A stretch of 25,881 nt of DNA from Candidatus Heimdallarchaeota archaeon. Lineage in GTDB: Archaea > Asgardarchaeota > Heimdallarchaeia > Heimdallarchaeales > Heimdallarchaeaceae. The notes beneath the pieces are model-generated. The model ran no database searches and had not been told where the DNA came from. It saw only the letters and a list, made by a program, of their open reading frames with translations. The number at the start of each line of letters is the position of its first letter. Position 1 is the first letter of the stretch. The stretch covers positions 1-25,881 of the forward strand of contig JAEOTE010000057.1 in assembly GCA_016839945.1 (NCBI GenBank), given 5' to 3'. Position numbers and translations under genes: made by a program. This document shows, piece by piece, positions 17,293 through 25,880 of the stretch.

Positions 17293-20200
17293 ATGGATGA
17301 CCTAAATCGAGAAGAATCTAGTACAATTAATAAAAATATAATCAAAGTTTTACATATTGATGATGAAGAAGATTTCCTTATAATCACAAAAGAATTTGTT
17401 GAAAGACTCAGTGAAGGAGAGATTTCAGTAGTTTCAAGTTCTAACCCATTAGAAGCATTAGAGAGAGTAGAAACAAAAAAATTTGATGTTATTGTTTGTG
17501 ATTATATGATGGAAGAGCTTAATGGTTTAGATCTTCTCAGAAAATTAAAAACACAAGATTATGATATACCCTTTATAATCTTTACAGGAAGAGGGAGAGA
17601 AGAAGTAGTGATAAAAGCACTAAACCTAGGTGCTGATTATTATCTTCGAAAAGGATTAGATGCTAAAAGTCAATATGCTGAACTCGTACATCAAATTAAG
17701 ACTGTCTTTAGACACAAAACAGCTGAAAGGGGTTTACGTGAATCAGAAGAAAAATTTTCTCTATTTCTAAATAATGTTCCAGCAGTTGCTTATTTGAAAG
17801 ATGAAGAAGGGAGATATACTTTCTTTAATGATTATCTATATGATGTTTACAAAGTAACACCAGAAGAAATAATTGGAAAAACAGCTTCAGAGTTTTTTGG
17901 AGAAGAAGAAGGTAAAGAGATAGAAAAAGAGGATGAGATAGTATTAAGGGAAGATTTCTGGACATCAATAGGAACTAGGACACTAGGTGATGAAGAGTAT
18001 ACTTTCAAGATGTACAAATTTCCATTAAAAAGAGAAGGAAAACCTACAATAATTGCTGGTTTTAGTGAAGATGTCACCCAACAAAGAGAAATGGAAAGAA
18101 TTTTGCATGAAACAGTATCAAGATATAGAAATTTAGTAGAATCATTTAATGATATTGTTTTTATTACTGATTTAGAATCAAGAATGCTTTATGCAAATCC
18201 TGCATTAAGAAATCAAACAGGATTTACTAAGGATGATTTTCAATTCACACAAGCAGAAAATCCATTCATTCACCCAGAAGATGCTGAAAGAGTTGCAAAA
18301 TTCATACTTGACTTCATTCAAAGTGAACAGGAACAATCTGATATAATTGAAAATAGGTTCATTGATAAAGAAGGGAAAACATATTGGTTTTCATCAGTTA
18401 TCACAAAAATCACATATGAAGGAATTCCAGCTTTACAATACATTGTTCATAATATAACAGAAAGAAAAGAATTAGAAGAAGAACTGAAGGATGAAAGAGA
18501 TTTATCTAATCTTTATCTAGATGAAGCAGGAGTCATGTTTGTTATAGTAGATGAAAATGAAGAAACTCTTCAAATAAACAAAAAAATGACTGAAGTGCTA
18601 GGTTATACAGAAGAAGATTTAATAGGTAAAAATTGGTTTGAAACTGTCTATCCTAGAGAGCTTCAAGATGAGTTTAAGTTTAGTTTTCAGCAAGTAATTG
18701 CAGGAGTATCAGAACCAATCGAATACATAGAAATTGATATGCAAACAAAGGATGGAGAGAAGAAATATGTTTCATGGAGAAATATAGCAATTAAGGATAA
18801 AACCGGGAAAATAATTCAACTATTGGGAACAGGGGAAGATATTACAGAAAGAAAAGATATGGAGAAAGCTCTACAAGAACAAGAAGAGCGATATAGAACA
18901 GTAGTTGAGTTATCTCCAGATTCTATTGTTTTAGCAGATTTGAAGGGAAATATAGTTTTTGCAAATAATAGCGCAGCAATTATGCATGGCGTTGAGAATC
19001 CAGAAGAACTTATAGGTTCAAGCATGATAGAATTTACTGCTCCTGAAGATCATCAAAGATTAGTTAATAATCTTAGGAGAAATTTTGCAGACGCTCAATT
19101 CGATCAAACTATGGAATATACAATGTTGAAAAAAGATGGAACTCATTTTCCAGTTGAATTAAGAGCTTCAATGATATTTGATGATCAAGGTAAACCTTTT
19201 GGTTTATTAGGTGTTGGAAGAGATATTTCTGAAAGAAAGAAATTCGAAAGAGAACTTAAGCTATCAGAAGCGTTATACAGAACTATATTTGAGTCAATTG
19301 GATCAGCAAATGCAATTGCTAGAGATGATAAAATTGTAACTTTAGTAAATGCAAAAATGGAGGAATTGTCAGGATATTCAAAAGAGGAAATAGAAGGAAA
19401 GATGAGTTGGACTGAATTTATTCCTGAAACTGATTTAGAACGCATGAGAGAAATAAGTAACAAAAGATTGGAAGATCCAAGTTCTGCTCCTTCCAGCTAT
19501 GAAAGTAAATTCATTACAAAAAGTGGTGAGATAAGGAATAGTTTACTTCATGTGGGAGTAATTCCAGGAACGAAAAATGTTGTTGTTTCAGTAATGGATA
19601 TCAAAGAACTAAAAGAAGTAGAACAAAAATTGAAAAAATCCGAAAATCTTTACAGAACTATTTTTGAAACTACTGGGACAGCCAATGCAATAGTTAAGGA
19701 AGATACTTCTATTACACAAGTAAATTCCAGATTGGAAGAATTGATTGGCTATTCAAAGGAGGAATTATTGCGTAAAAAATGGATAGAATTAGTACCACAA
19801 TCAGAGCTTCCAAAGTTGAGAGAATTTCAAGAATTACGAGCAAAAGATCCTAGTATAGCACCTTCAAAATATGAAACGATAATGATTACTAAGGGAGGAG
19901 AAACTAAAGATATCTTAGTTTATATCGATAAAATTCCTGGAACTGATGAGTCTATAGCTTCTGTAATGGATATCTCAGATTTAAAAAGAATTCAAGAAGA
20001 ATTAGAACGATCTGAAAACCTTTATAGAATGTTATTTACAAGTACAGGAGCTGCTAACATTACTTTTGATGAAGAAGCGAATATTACAATGATTAATTCA
20101 AGGATGGAAAAACTCTCAGGTTACACAAGAGAAGAAGTTGAGGGAAAAATGAAATGGACCGAATTTATACCTGAACCTGAACTAAGTATGATGTTAGAAT

Positions 20201-21012
20201 ATAACGAAATAAGAAAAAAAGATCCTCGATTAGCTCCAATACAATATGAAAGTAGATTTATCGATAAGGAAGGAAACATAAAAAACATCTTATTAAATGT
20301 TAATCAACTACCTAACTTGGATATTTTTGTTGCGTCTTTAATGGACATTACATCTAAGAAGAAAGTAGAAGAGGAATTAAAAAAGCAACGAGAGGAGTTA
20401 AGCGATTTTGCTCATTTAATGGCTCATGATATCAGAAATAGCTTGTCTGCAATTGAAGGATTCATTGATCTTCATATCGAAACAAAAGAGGATGAGTATA
20501 TAGGAAAAGTAAACAAACAAACATTATATCTGAGAGGGTTACTTGATAGATCAATTGAACTTGCTGAAGCAGGACAAAGTGTAGAAAAGTCAGACAATGT
20601 GGATTTAAATGAGCTTGTTAAATCAGTTGCTGAAATGATTTTACCTAAAGGAATAAGAATTACACAAAAAGATCTAACAACTATTCGGGCTGACAAAAGT
20701 AAACTGTCACAGATTTTAAAGAATCTATTTGAAAATGCAGTCATCCATGGGAAACCTAAGAGTGTTGCTGTTAAGCAATTAGAAACAGAGGGTGAAATAA
20801 TTCTAATTATAAAGAATGATGGTGCAAAGATTAGCCCTAAGGTTGTGAAAGATGCATTTGAAACCAGTTTTTCAACAAAGGAAATGCTTGAATGGCACGG
20901 TTTAACTATTGTAAAGAAACTAGTTACAGCTCATGGATGGGATATCAGACTTGATGAATATGATGAAATGACTTGTTTCGAAATAATTATCCCAAAAAAG
21001 GTTAGATATTAA
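17293..21012 (+). CDS. Cytoplasmic hybrid sensor kinase: REC - 7 PAS/PAC - HisKA - HATPase_c
   Basis: REC 'HIDDE...VCDYMM...FTGRG...YLRKG'; seven PAS units ending in D/N-I-T-E-R-K-like motifs; H-box 'AHDIRNSL'; N-box 'NLFENAVIHG'. GAGGT RBS at 17281 supports ATG 17293 over TTG 17236. Confidence 0.92.
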   Translation: MDDLNREESSTINKNIIKVLHIDDEEDFLIITKEFVERLSEGEISVVSSSNPLEALERVETKKFDVIVCDYMMEELNGLDLLRKLKTQDYDIPFIIFTGRGREEVVIKALNLGADYYLRKGLDAKSQYAELVHQIKTVFRHKTAERGLRESEEKFSLFLNNVPAVAYLKDEEGRYTFFNDYLYDVYKVTPEEIIGKTASEFFGEEEGKEIEKEDEIVLREDFWTSIGTRTLGDEEYTFKMYKFPLKREGKPTIIAGFSEDVTQQREMERILHETVSRYRNLVESFNDIVFITDLESRMLYANPALRNQTGFTKDDFQFTQAENPFIHPEDAERVAKFILDFIQSEQEQSDIIENRFIDKEGKTYWFSSVITKITYEGIPALQYIVHNITERKELEEELKDERDLSNLYLDEAGVMFVIVDENEETLQINKKMTEVLGYTEEDLIGKNWFETVYPRELQDEFKFSFQQVIAGVSEPIEYIEIDMQTKDGEKKYVSWRNIAIKDKTGKIIQLLGTGEDITERKDMEKALQEQEERYRTVVELSPDSIVLADLKGNIVFANNSAAIMHGVENPEELIGSSMIEFTAPEDHQRLVNNLRRNFADAQFDQTMEYTMLKKDGTHFPVELRASMIFDDQGKPFGLLGVGRDISERKKFERELKLSEALYRTIFESIGSANAIARDDKIVTLVNAKMEELSGYSKEEIEGKMSWTEFIPETDLERMREISNKRLEDPSSAPSSYESKFITKSGEIRNSLLHVGVIPGTKNVVVSVMDIKELKEVEQKLKKSENLYRTIFETTGTANAIVKEDTSITQVNSRLEELIGYSKEELLRKKWIELVPQSELPKLREFQELRAKDPSIAPSKYETIMITKGGETKDILVYIDKIPGTDESIASVMDISDLKRIQEELERSENLYRMLFTSTGAANITFDEEANITMINSRMEKLSGYTREEVEGKMKWTEFIPEPELSMMLEYNEIRKKDPRLAPIQYESRFIDKEGNIKNILLNVNQLPNLDIFVASLMDITSKKKVEEELKKQREELSDFAHLMAHDIRNSLSAIEGFIDLHIETKEDEYIGKVNKQTLYLRGLLDRSIELAEAGQSVEKSDNVDLNELVKSVAEMILPKGIRITQKDLTTIRADKSKLSQILKNLFENAVIHGKPKSVAVKQLETEGEIILIIKNDGAKISPKVVKDAFETSFSTKEMLEWHGLTIVKKLVTAHGWDIRLDEYDEMTCFEIIIPKKVRY
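19264..20380 (+). repeat. Three tandem paralogous PAS domains (PAS5-7), period 375/372 nt
   Basis: 'SEALYRTIFESIGSANAI', 'SENLYRTIFETTGTANAI' and 'SENLYRMLFTSTGAANIT' start at 19264, 19639 and 20011 and share 'GYS/T-KEE/REE', 'W(T/I)E(F/L)(I/V)P', 'DP..AP..YE'. Confidence 0.85.
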
Positions 21013-21029
21013 CAATCAGAGTGTCTTAA

Positions 21030-21893
21030 ATGAGTAAAAATCAGATTCTCGAAAAATTGTTAGCACTTGTTTATCTCTTTAGACCCGAAAGAACAATTAT
21101 GGTAGCATCAATTACAGGAACAGCTGCTGTTGCCTCTGGTGCCCAATGGCAAGACATTCTCTGGATTACATTAGCTGGATGGTTTTTAGCTATTGCTGGT
21201 TTTTCTCTCGATTTCTGTGCTGATAAGGAATTAGATAAATTAGCACCAAGAGCTAAGATAAGAAGAAATCCTATTGCTAGAGAAATGATCCCTCTACCTG
21301 TAGGTATAATTTTTTCTCTTTCATTTATGATTGGAAGTTTTGTAATAACTCTACTTAAAACACCATTCGGTTTAATTCCTTGGGGAATTATTGTTTTGAT
21401 TATTATAGGATTAGCCTTTCATTGGTTCAACTCTCCAATAGCTAGAGGTTTAACACTTGGTGTTCTTCAATTGTTGTATTTCTTCATGGGAGCAACAGTT
21501 GGAACAATAACTGACGAAATAATTGTGCTAGCTATTATGTTCTTTTTTGCAATGTTTGGAGGAAAAGGTGTAACTGATATAAGAGATTTCCCTCAAGATC
21601 AAGAAACACCGGTTCAAACATTTCCCAAGAGATTTGGTATCAAAAGAACTGCACAAATAACAGCTGCAAGTTTATCAATCGCATATGTATTAAGCTTAGT
21701 TGCTTTTTTCATAAGTGATTTTAGCAATCTCTATCTTTATCTGGATATTGTCTTCATTGTTACAGGAGTAATAATAACTGGTCTTTTCTTGTATAAAGCT
21801 TCTCCTGAACTTGCATTAAGAATAACTATGGTTTATATGATGGGTCAAGGAGTAGTTATTTGTTTAGCAATAATTCTAGGTACATTGCTTTAA
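21030..21893 (+). CDS. UbiA-superfamily intramembrane prenyltransferase (divergent)
   Basis: N-terminal 'LFRP'; first acidic motif 'DFCADKELD...RNPI'; second motif 'TDIRDFPQD...TFPKRFG'; about 9 TM segments. Starts 17 nt after the kinase stop. Confidence 0.85.
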   Translation: MSKNQILEKLLALVYLFRPERTIMVASITGTAAVASGAQWQDILWITLAGWFLAIAGFSLDFCADKELDKLAPRAKIRRNPIAREMIPLPVGIIFSLSFMIGSFVITLLKTPFGLIPWGIIVLIIIGLAFHWFNSPIARGLTLGVLQLLYFFMGATVGTITDEIIVLAIMFFFAMFGGKGVTDIRDFPQDQETPVQTFPKRFGIKRTAQITAASLSIAYVLSLVAFFISDFSNLYLYLDIVFIVTGVIITGLFLYKASPELALRITMVYMMGQGVVICLAIILGTLL

Positions 21894-21934
21894 CTAACTC
21901 GTATCAGAAATCTACAAAGTCCTGTGAAAGTTTC

Positions 21935-21960
21935 TGGAAATAAAAAGAAAAAAGAGATAT
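21935..21960 (-). terminator. U-tract terminator after the zinc-ribbon gene
   Basis: The minus strand reads CTCTTTTTTCTTTTTATTTC just after the stop codon at 21963. Confidence 0.4.
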
Positions 21961-21962
21961 AA

Positions 21963-22520
21963 TTATACCATTTTTGATCCACAATTTTCACAGAATTGAG
22001 CTCCAGCTGGAGGTTTATGACCACAATATGGACAATAATTTGTTTCAGGTATTACTTGAGTAGTTGCTTGTCTTTTTGTCATTGGTCCTGCAAATTCCGG
22101 AGCTTGTTGGTAACTTATGGATTCTCCAAAAACAATTTCACCAGAAGTAGTATCATATCTGTATTTAATTTGTCCAACATTTCTTAAATCTAGAAGAATT
22201 CTAAGTATATCATTAGCACGTATGTTAGTTTCTGTGGATAAAACTTCAAGCTTGATACTACTATTTCCTTTAGCTTGTGCAGTTGTTAGCATAGTTCTTT
22301 TTAACCTTCTATCAGTATATACACCGCTTATTCCACCTATAAGAATGAAGAAAGCAGGTATAAACATATAATATCCCCATGCACTTAAACCGATGAAATC
22401 AGCAGGAGTATATAGAAAGATAATACCTAAGATCCCAACAAACGCAAAAACAGCAGCTGTTCCAAAAGCTGACCAACTTCCTGTATATTGTTTTTTTGTA
22501 TAATAACGATCTTTAGCCAT
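21963..22520 (-). CDS. Membrane protein: 2 TM + PCI-like winged helix + C-terminal zinc ribbon
   Basis: Two hydrophobic helices; wHTH pattern 'IKLEVLSTETNIRANDILRILLDLRNVGQIKYRYDTTSGEI'; 'CPYCG...FCENCG'. Confidence 0.72.
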   Translation of the reverse strand: MAKDRYYTKKQYTGSWSAFGTAAVFAFVGILGIIFLYTPADFIGLSAWGYYMFIPAFFILIGGISGVYTDRRLKRTMLTTAQAKGNSSIKLEVLSTETNIRANDILRILLDLRNVGQIKYRYDTTSGEIVFGESISYQQAPEFAGPMTKRQATTQVIPETNYCPYCGHKPPAGAQFCENCGSKMV

Positions 22521-22587
22521 AAAATCAACTCAATCTATAATTTCTCTTGTAATTAATAAGGATTTAGGGAAACAGAAGCAAAGAGTT

Positions 22588-23640
22588 TTAGTTCTTTCTC
22601 TTCAATCTTTCTTGAACAACTTTTTTTATCCTAGGTTTTGCTAATCTGAATGATTCAACTAAAAGAAAAACACCATAAATATATATAAATAAAATACCTA
22701 TTTGTGTTCCAGGAACATCACTCGAATAAGCATCTTCGAATATTTCTCCGATTTTGATTAATGGAAATAGAATAATATATGCAGGATTTAGTTTGTGTTC
22801 TACACTATAAGAGGAACCAAAGGAATTATAGATATAATCAGTTCTTTTCGCTTTTAGTTCATTAAAAATCGCTTGTTCAGAAAATTCAGAAGTGTTAAGA
22901 GTTGTCCAGCTATAGACTTGTTTAGGTTCGTGCATATCAGTAGAGGCTAAAATTCCAATACTTTTGTTAATACAAAATTGATGGTTTTCTTCATAATACT
23001 CATCATTATTCACTATTTCAAAAAAATCTACACCCCAATCAAAAAGTTGTTCTCTTGTTGGAATATTATCTGTTAATCTTCTATTTGAAGAATAATGATT
23101 TACAGAAACTAATCCTCCGATTGAGTGAACAGATTCAATAACATTTTGAATTTCTTGATCTGTTGGTTTAGCGATATAGCTTTTTATCGTTAATACGCTT
23201 TCATATTCCTCTGAAATCACAGTAGGTGGAAAAATAAAGTTCATATGAATCCTTGCAGTTGTCCATTCAACTCCAGCAAGAACTTTAATTGTATCATTAT
23301 ATTCAGTTCTAGCAATTTCTCGGATTTCATCAATTCCATCATAAGTATTATGATCTGTTAAAACCATAGCATTATAACCCATTGATATATGCCAGAGAAG
23401 ATTTTGTCTTGGACTTAAACTACCATCAGAATGAAATGTATGTGAATGAGGATCGAGAAGAATATTCCATTCAGTTTCATTATAATCAGGAGAATAACTG
23501 AAATCATCCCAATCATTATCTGTATACTTGTATGTTGATGGACCTGCAACATTAACAGGAATAGAAATACCAATGACTATCCAAATTATTAAATTATAAA
23601 TTCCGAATCTTTTCAAGAAGATTTTTAGTTTCTGATTCAT
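22588..23640 (-). CDS. Membrane-anchored PHP-domain phosphoesterase (paralog 1)
   Basis: PHP motifs HSHTFHSDG, TDHNT, GVEW...H, NH, STDMH; N- and C-terminal TM segments. ATG at 23640 matches the paralog's N-terminus; the track start is 23667. Confidence 0.88.
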   Translation of the reverse strand: MNQKLKIFLKRFGIYNLIIWIVIGISIPVNVAGPSTYKYTDNDWDDFSYSPDYNETEWNILLDPHSHTFHSDGSLSPRQNLLWHISMGYNAMVLTDHNTYDGIDEIREIARTEYNDTIKVLAGVEWTTARIHMNFIFPPTVISEEYESVLTIKSYIAKPTDQEIQNVIESVHSIGGLVSVNHYSSNRRLTDNIPTREQLFDWGVDFFEIVNNDEYYEENHQFCINKSIGILASTDMHEPKQVYSWTTLNTSEFSEQAIFNELKAKRTDYIYNSFGSSYSVEHKLNPAYIILFPLIKIGEIFEDAYSSDVPGTQIGILFIYIYGVFLLVESFRLAKPRIKKVVQERLKRKN

Positions 23641-23661
23641 ATGAACACATACATTTTTCTT

Positions 23662-23678
23662 GAACATTAAATATGTTC
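23662..23678 (-). promoter_or_regulatory. Inverted repeat GAACAT-N5-ATGTTC enclosing a TATA-like ATATTTAA
   Basis: Centred about 30 nt upstream of ATG 23640, which is leaderless-promoter spacing. Confidence 0.4.
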
Positions 23679-23812
23679 TATTTATTTTTTCTCAAGACTT
23701 AGATACAAACAAAGAATTCTTTAGATGCATATAATGCGCATAGTAGGGGGGAATTACACTAGAATATAAGAGATTTTTTCTTAGAATATTCAAGATTTAA
23801 GGTGGACACCTA

Positions 23813-23977
23813 ATGGATAGTATCAAAGATGTAATAATTGATGAGCTAGAAGAGAGATTAGTAGGAATCTTAAGCAATTGGTTTAGTAAAAAGACAACTG
23901 AAGCAGAAGATAAAGCAAATAGAGAAGAACTTGATAAGATTCTACAAAGAGCTGATGAAGTTATAAGTAGATTCTAA
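23813..23977 (+). CDS. Small acidic helical protein, 54 aa (not in ORF track): MDSIKDVIIDELEERLVGILSNWFSKKTTEAEDKANREELDKILQRADEVISRF
   Basis: AAGGTGG RBS at 23799-23805, ATG at 23813, TAA TAA stop. It fills the intergenic gap and ends 18 nt from the convergent M23 stop. Confidence 0.7.
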   Translation: MDSIKDVIIDELEERLVGILSNWFSKKTTEAEDKANREELDKILQRADEVISRF

Positions 23978-23995
23978 TAATTTCGTCTTAATATT

Positions 23996-24613
23996 CTAAC
24001 TGATAGGATCTTCTGGGAATTTTCCGAAACTTAAGCACAACTCCCACAATAAAACTTTAGCTTGCTCATTGAGATAATCATAGGGAGATACATGTTGTCT
24101 TTTTCCCCATAAGGTGTGATTTGTGATTGTCCAGTGAATATGGGGGAATTCTGATCCTGGAATTGGATTAAGAATACCAAGAGATTGGTTAACAGCTACA
24201 GTATCTCCAGTTTTTACTGAAATCGAAAGCATTTGATCATCTATAACAGATTCCTCTGTTGTCCATGGTTCAAAAGCTATAAACATTGTCCACTTAGCAT
24301 TGATTTTGATATTTACATCTATAATCCAATATCCATTTGACATCATGTGTTTATTGACATTAGTTATCTTACCTGATATTGGTGCAAAAATTACAGTATT
24401 TGTTTCTAATTTAAAATCAAAACCAATGTGTGATTGAGTGGATCTATTATCATGAAATACTTGAACTCCAGTAACATCTTCTAAATTATGAACTGGTAAA
24501 GAAAATAAAGGTGTTTCAGCTAATGAAAAAACAATAGAAAATCCTGCGAATATGCAACCTGTTGTAATTCCGGCAAAAATAATAAAAAAGAGTATTATTT
24601 TACCTTTCTTCAT
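23996..24613 (-). CDS. Membrane-anchored M23/LytM-family metallopeptidase-like protein
   Basis: HxxxD 'SHIGFDF', 'IFAPISGKI', 'VKTGDTV', HxH 'PHIHW', 'VSPYDYL'; N-terminal basic + TM segment. Start is ATG 24613 or GTG 24622, which overlaps the PHP stop. Confidence 0.8.
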   Translation of the reverse strand: MKKGKIILFFIIFAGITTGCIFAGFSIVFSLAETPLFSLPVHNLEDVTGVQVFHDNRSTQSHIGFDFKLETNTVIFAPISGKITNVNKHMMSNGYWIIDVNIKINAKWTMFIAFEPWTTEESVIDDQMLSISVKTGDTVAVNQSLGILNPIPGSEFPHIHWTITNHTLWGKRQHVSPYDYLNEQAKVLLWELCLSFGKFPEDPIS

Positions 24614-24618
24614 TGCTT

Positions 24619-25671
24619 TCACTCAACCTTCTTTCTATCTTTTATTTTCTTCTTAATTTTTGGAACGAAAAATCTTAACACCTCTACTACGATAAAAGCC
24701 CCATAAACATAAACTAAGAATACTGTAAGTTGAGCTCCATATGCTTCACTTGAGTACATTTCTTTAAACATTTCACCAAATTTGATAAGAGGGAATCCTA
24801 TAATATATGTTGGATTTATCTTGTGATCCACATCATAAGGTGATGCTATTCCAGTAAAAATAAAATCTGTCCTTTTCGCTTTTAATTCATCAAATATTGC
24901 TTGTTCTGAAAATTCTGAAACATTTAGAGTTGTCCATGCATAAACAGGTTCAGCATGATGCATATCAGATCCTGTAATGATACCTACATTATTATCCAAA
25001 CAGAAATAATATGATTCATTATCAAACTCATTCTCATTTATAACTTCTATATAATCGACTCCCCAATCATAAAATTGTTGTCTAGAAGGTTGATCTCTAC
25101 AGAAACTTTGTGACCAAAGATAATGGTTAACAACTACTAAACCACCTATAGAATGTGTTAATGAGATAAGATTTTGTATCTCTGCATCAGAAGGAGTATA
25201 TGTAGAACTTTTAGAAGTAAGAAGAGTTTCCCAATCTTCTTCAGTTGTATCAGGTGGAACTATCACATTAAGATGACATTTATCTGTTGTCCATTCCATT
25301 CCTACTAGAACCTTGATTGTATCATTATACTCTTCTCTGGCAATTTGTCTGATTTCATTTATTCCATCAAATGTGTTATGATCAGTTAATACCATAGCAT
25401 TGAAACCTAGAGAGACATGCCATAAAATATTTTGACGAGGAGTAAGATGACCATCTGAATATTTTGTGTGAGAATGTCCATCAAGTAAAACATTCCAGCG
25501 ACTCTCATTATAATTTGGTTTAAAGGAGAAATCGTCCCAATCAGAATCAGTATAAGAATACTTATGAGGACCGCTGAATAAGAGAGGAACTGAAATACCA
25601 ATTAATCCCCAGAGGACAATATTAAGGATAACAAATCTTAATGCTAGTTTCTTCAAATACTTCCAATTCAT
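24619..25671 (-). CDS. Membrane-anchored PHP-domain phosphoesterase (paralog 2)
   Basis: HSHTKYSDG, TDHNT, GMEW...H, NH, GSDMH; colinear with paralog 1 over its full length. Confidence 0.9.
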   Translation of the reverse strand: MNWKYLKKLALRFVILNIVLWGLIGISVPLLFSGPHKYSYTDSDWDDFSFKPNYNESRWNVLLDGHSHTKYSDGHLTPRQNILWHVSLGFNAMVLTDHNTFDGINEIRQIAREEYNDTIKVLVGMEWTTDKCHLNVIVPPDTTEEDWETLLTSKSSTYTPSDAEIQNLISLTHSIGGLVVVNHYLWSQSFCRDQPSRQQFYDWGVDYIEVINENEFDNESYYFCLDNNVGIITGSDMHHAEPVYAWTTLNVSEFSEQAIFDELKAKRTDFIFTGIASPYDVDHKINPTYIIGFPLIKFGEMFKEMYSSEAYGAQLTVFLVYVYGAFIVVEVLRFFVPKIKKKIKDRKKVE

Positions 25672-25685
25672 AGAACTAAAGTATT

Positions 25686-25880
25686 TTAGTTCCTTTTAAA
25701 TCTTAATTTTGGAATCAAAGCTGGAGTGTTCTTTTTGTACTCTTCATAATCCTCTTGTCCTCCCCACTTCTTGTCTGCTCTCTTTTCTAACATTGATACT
25801 CCACTGATTAATGTTAATTGTAATATTATATATACTGGGGAAATTAATGCTACAAATCTCCAAGTTGCAAGAGTTGGTAA
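25686..25880 (-). CDS. 3' end of a DUF1295 / steroid-5-alpha-reductase-like membrane protein (truncated by window edge)
   Basis: Hand translation ...LPTLATWRFVALISPVYIILQLTLISGVSMLEKRADKKWGGQEDYEEYKKNTPALIPKLRFKRN* fits the DUF1295 C-terminal pattern 'ISP...SG...LE.R....WG....Y..Y...TP.LIP'. Confidence 0.8.
   Translation of the reverse strand, partial: LPTLATWRFVALISPVYIILQLTLISGVSMLEKRADKKWGGQEDYEEYKKNTPALIPKLRFKRN

Noticed and set aside
17847-20744. ORFs 17847-18077, 18816-19025, 19185-19463 and 20472-20744 (-)
   Set aside because: Antisense shadows of the sensor kinase.
21996-25601. ORFs 21996-22187 and 22117-22371 (+), and 25407-25601 (-)
   Set aside because: Antisense to, or out-of-frame overlaps of, the zinc-ribbon and PHP genes.
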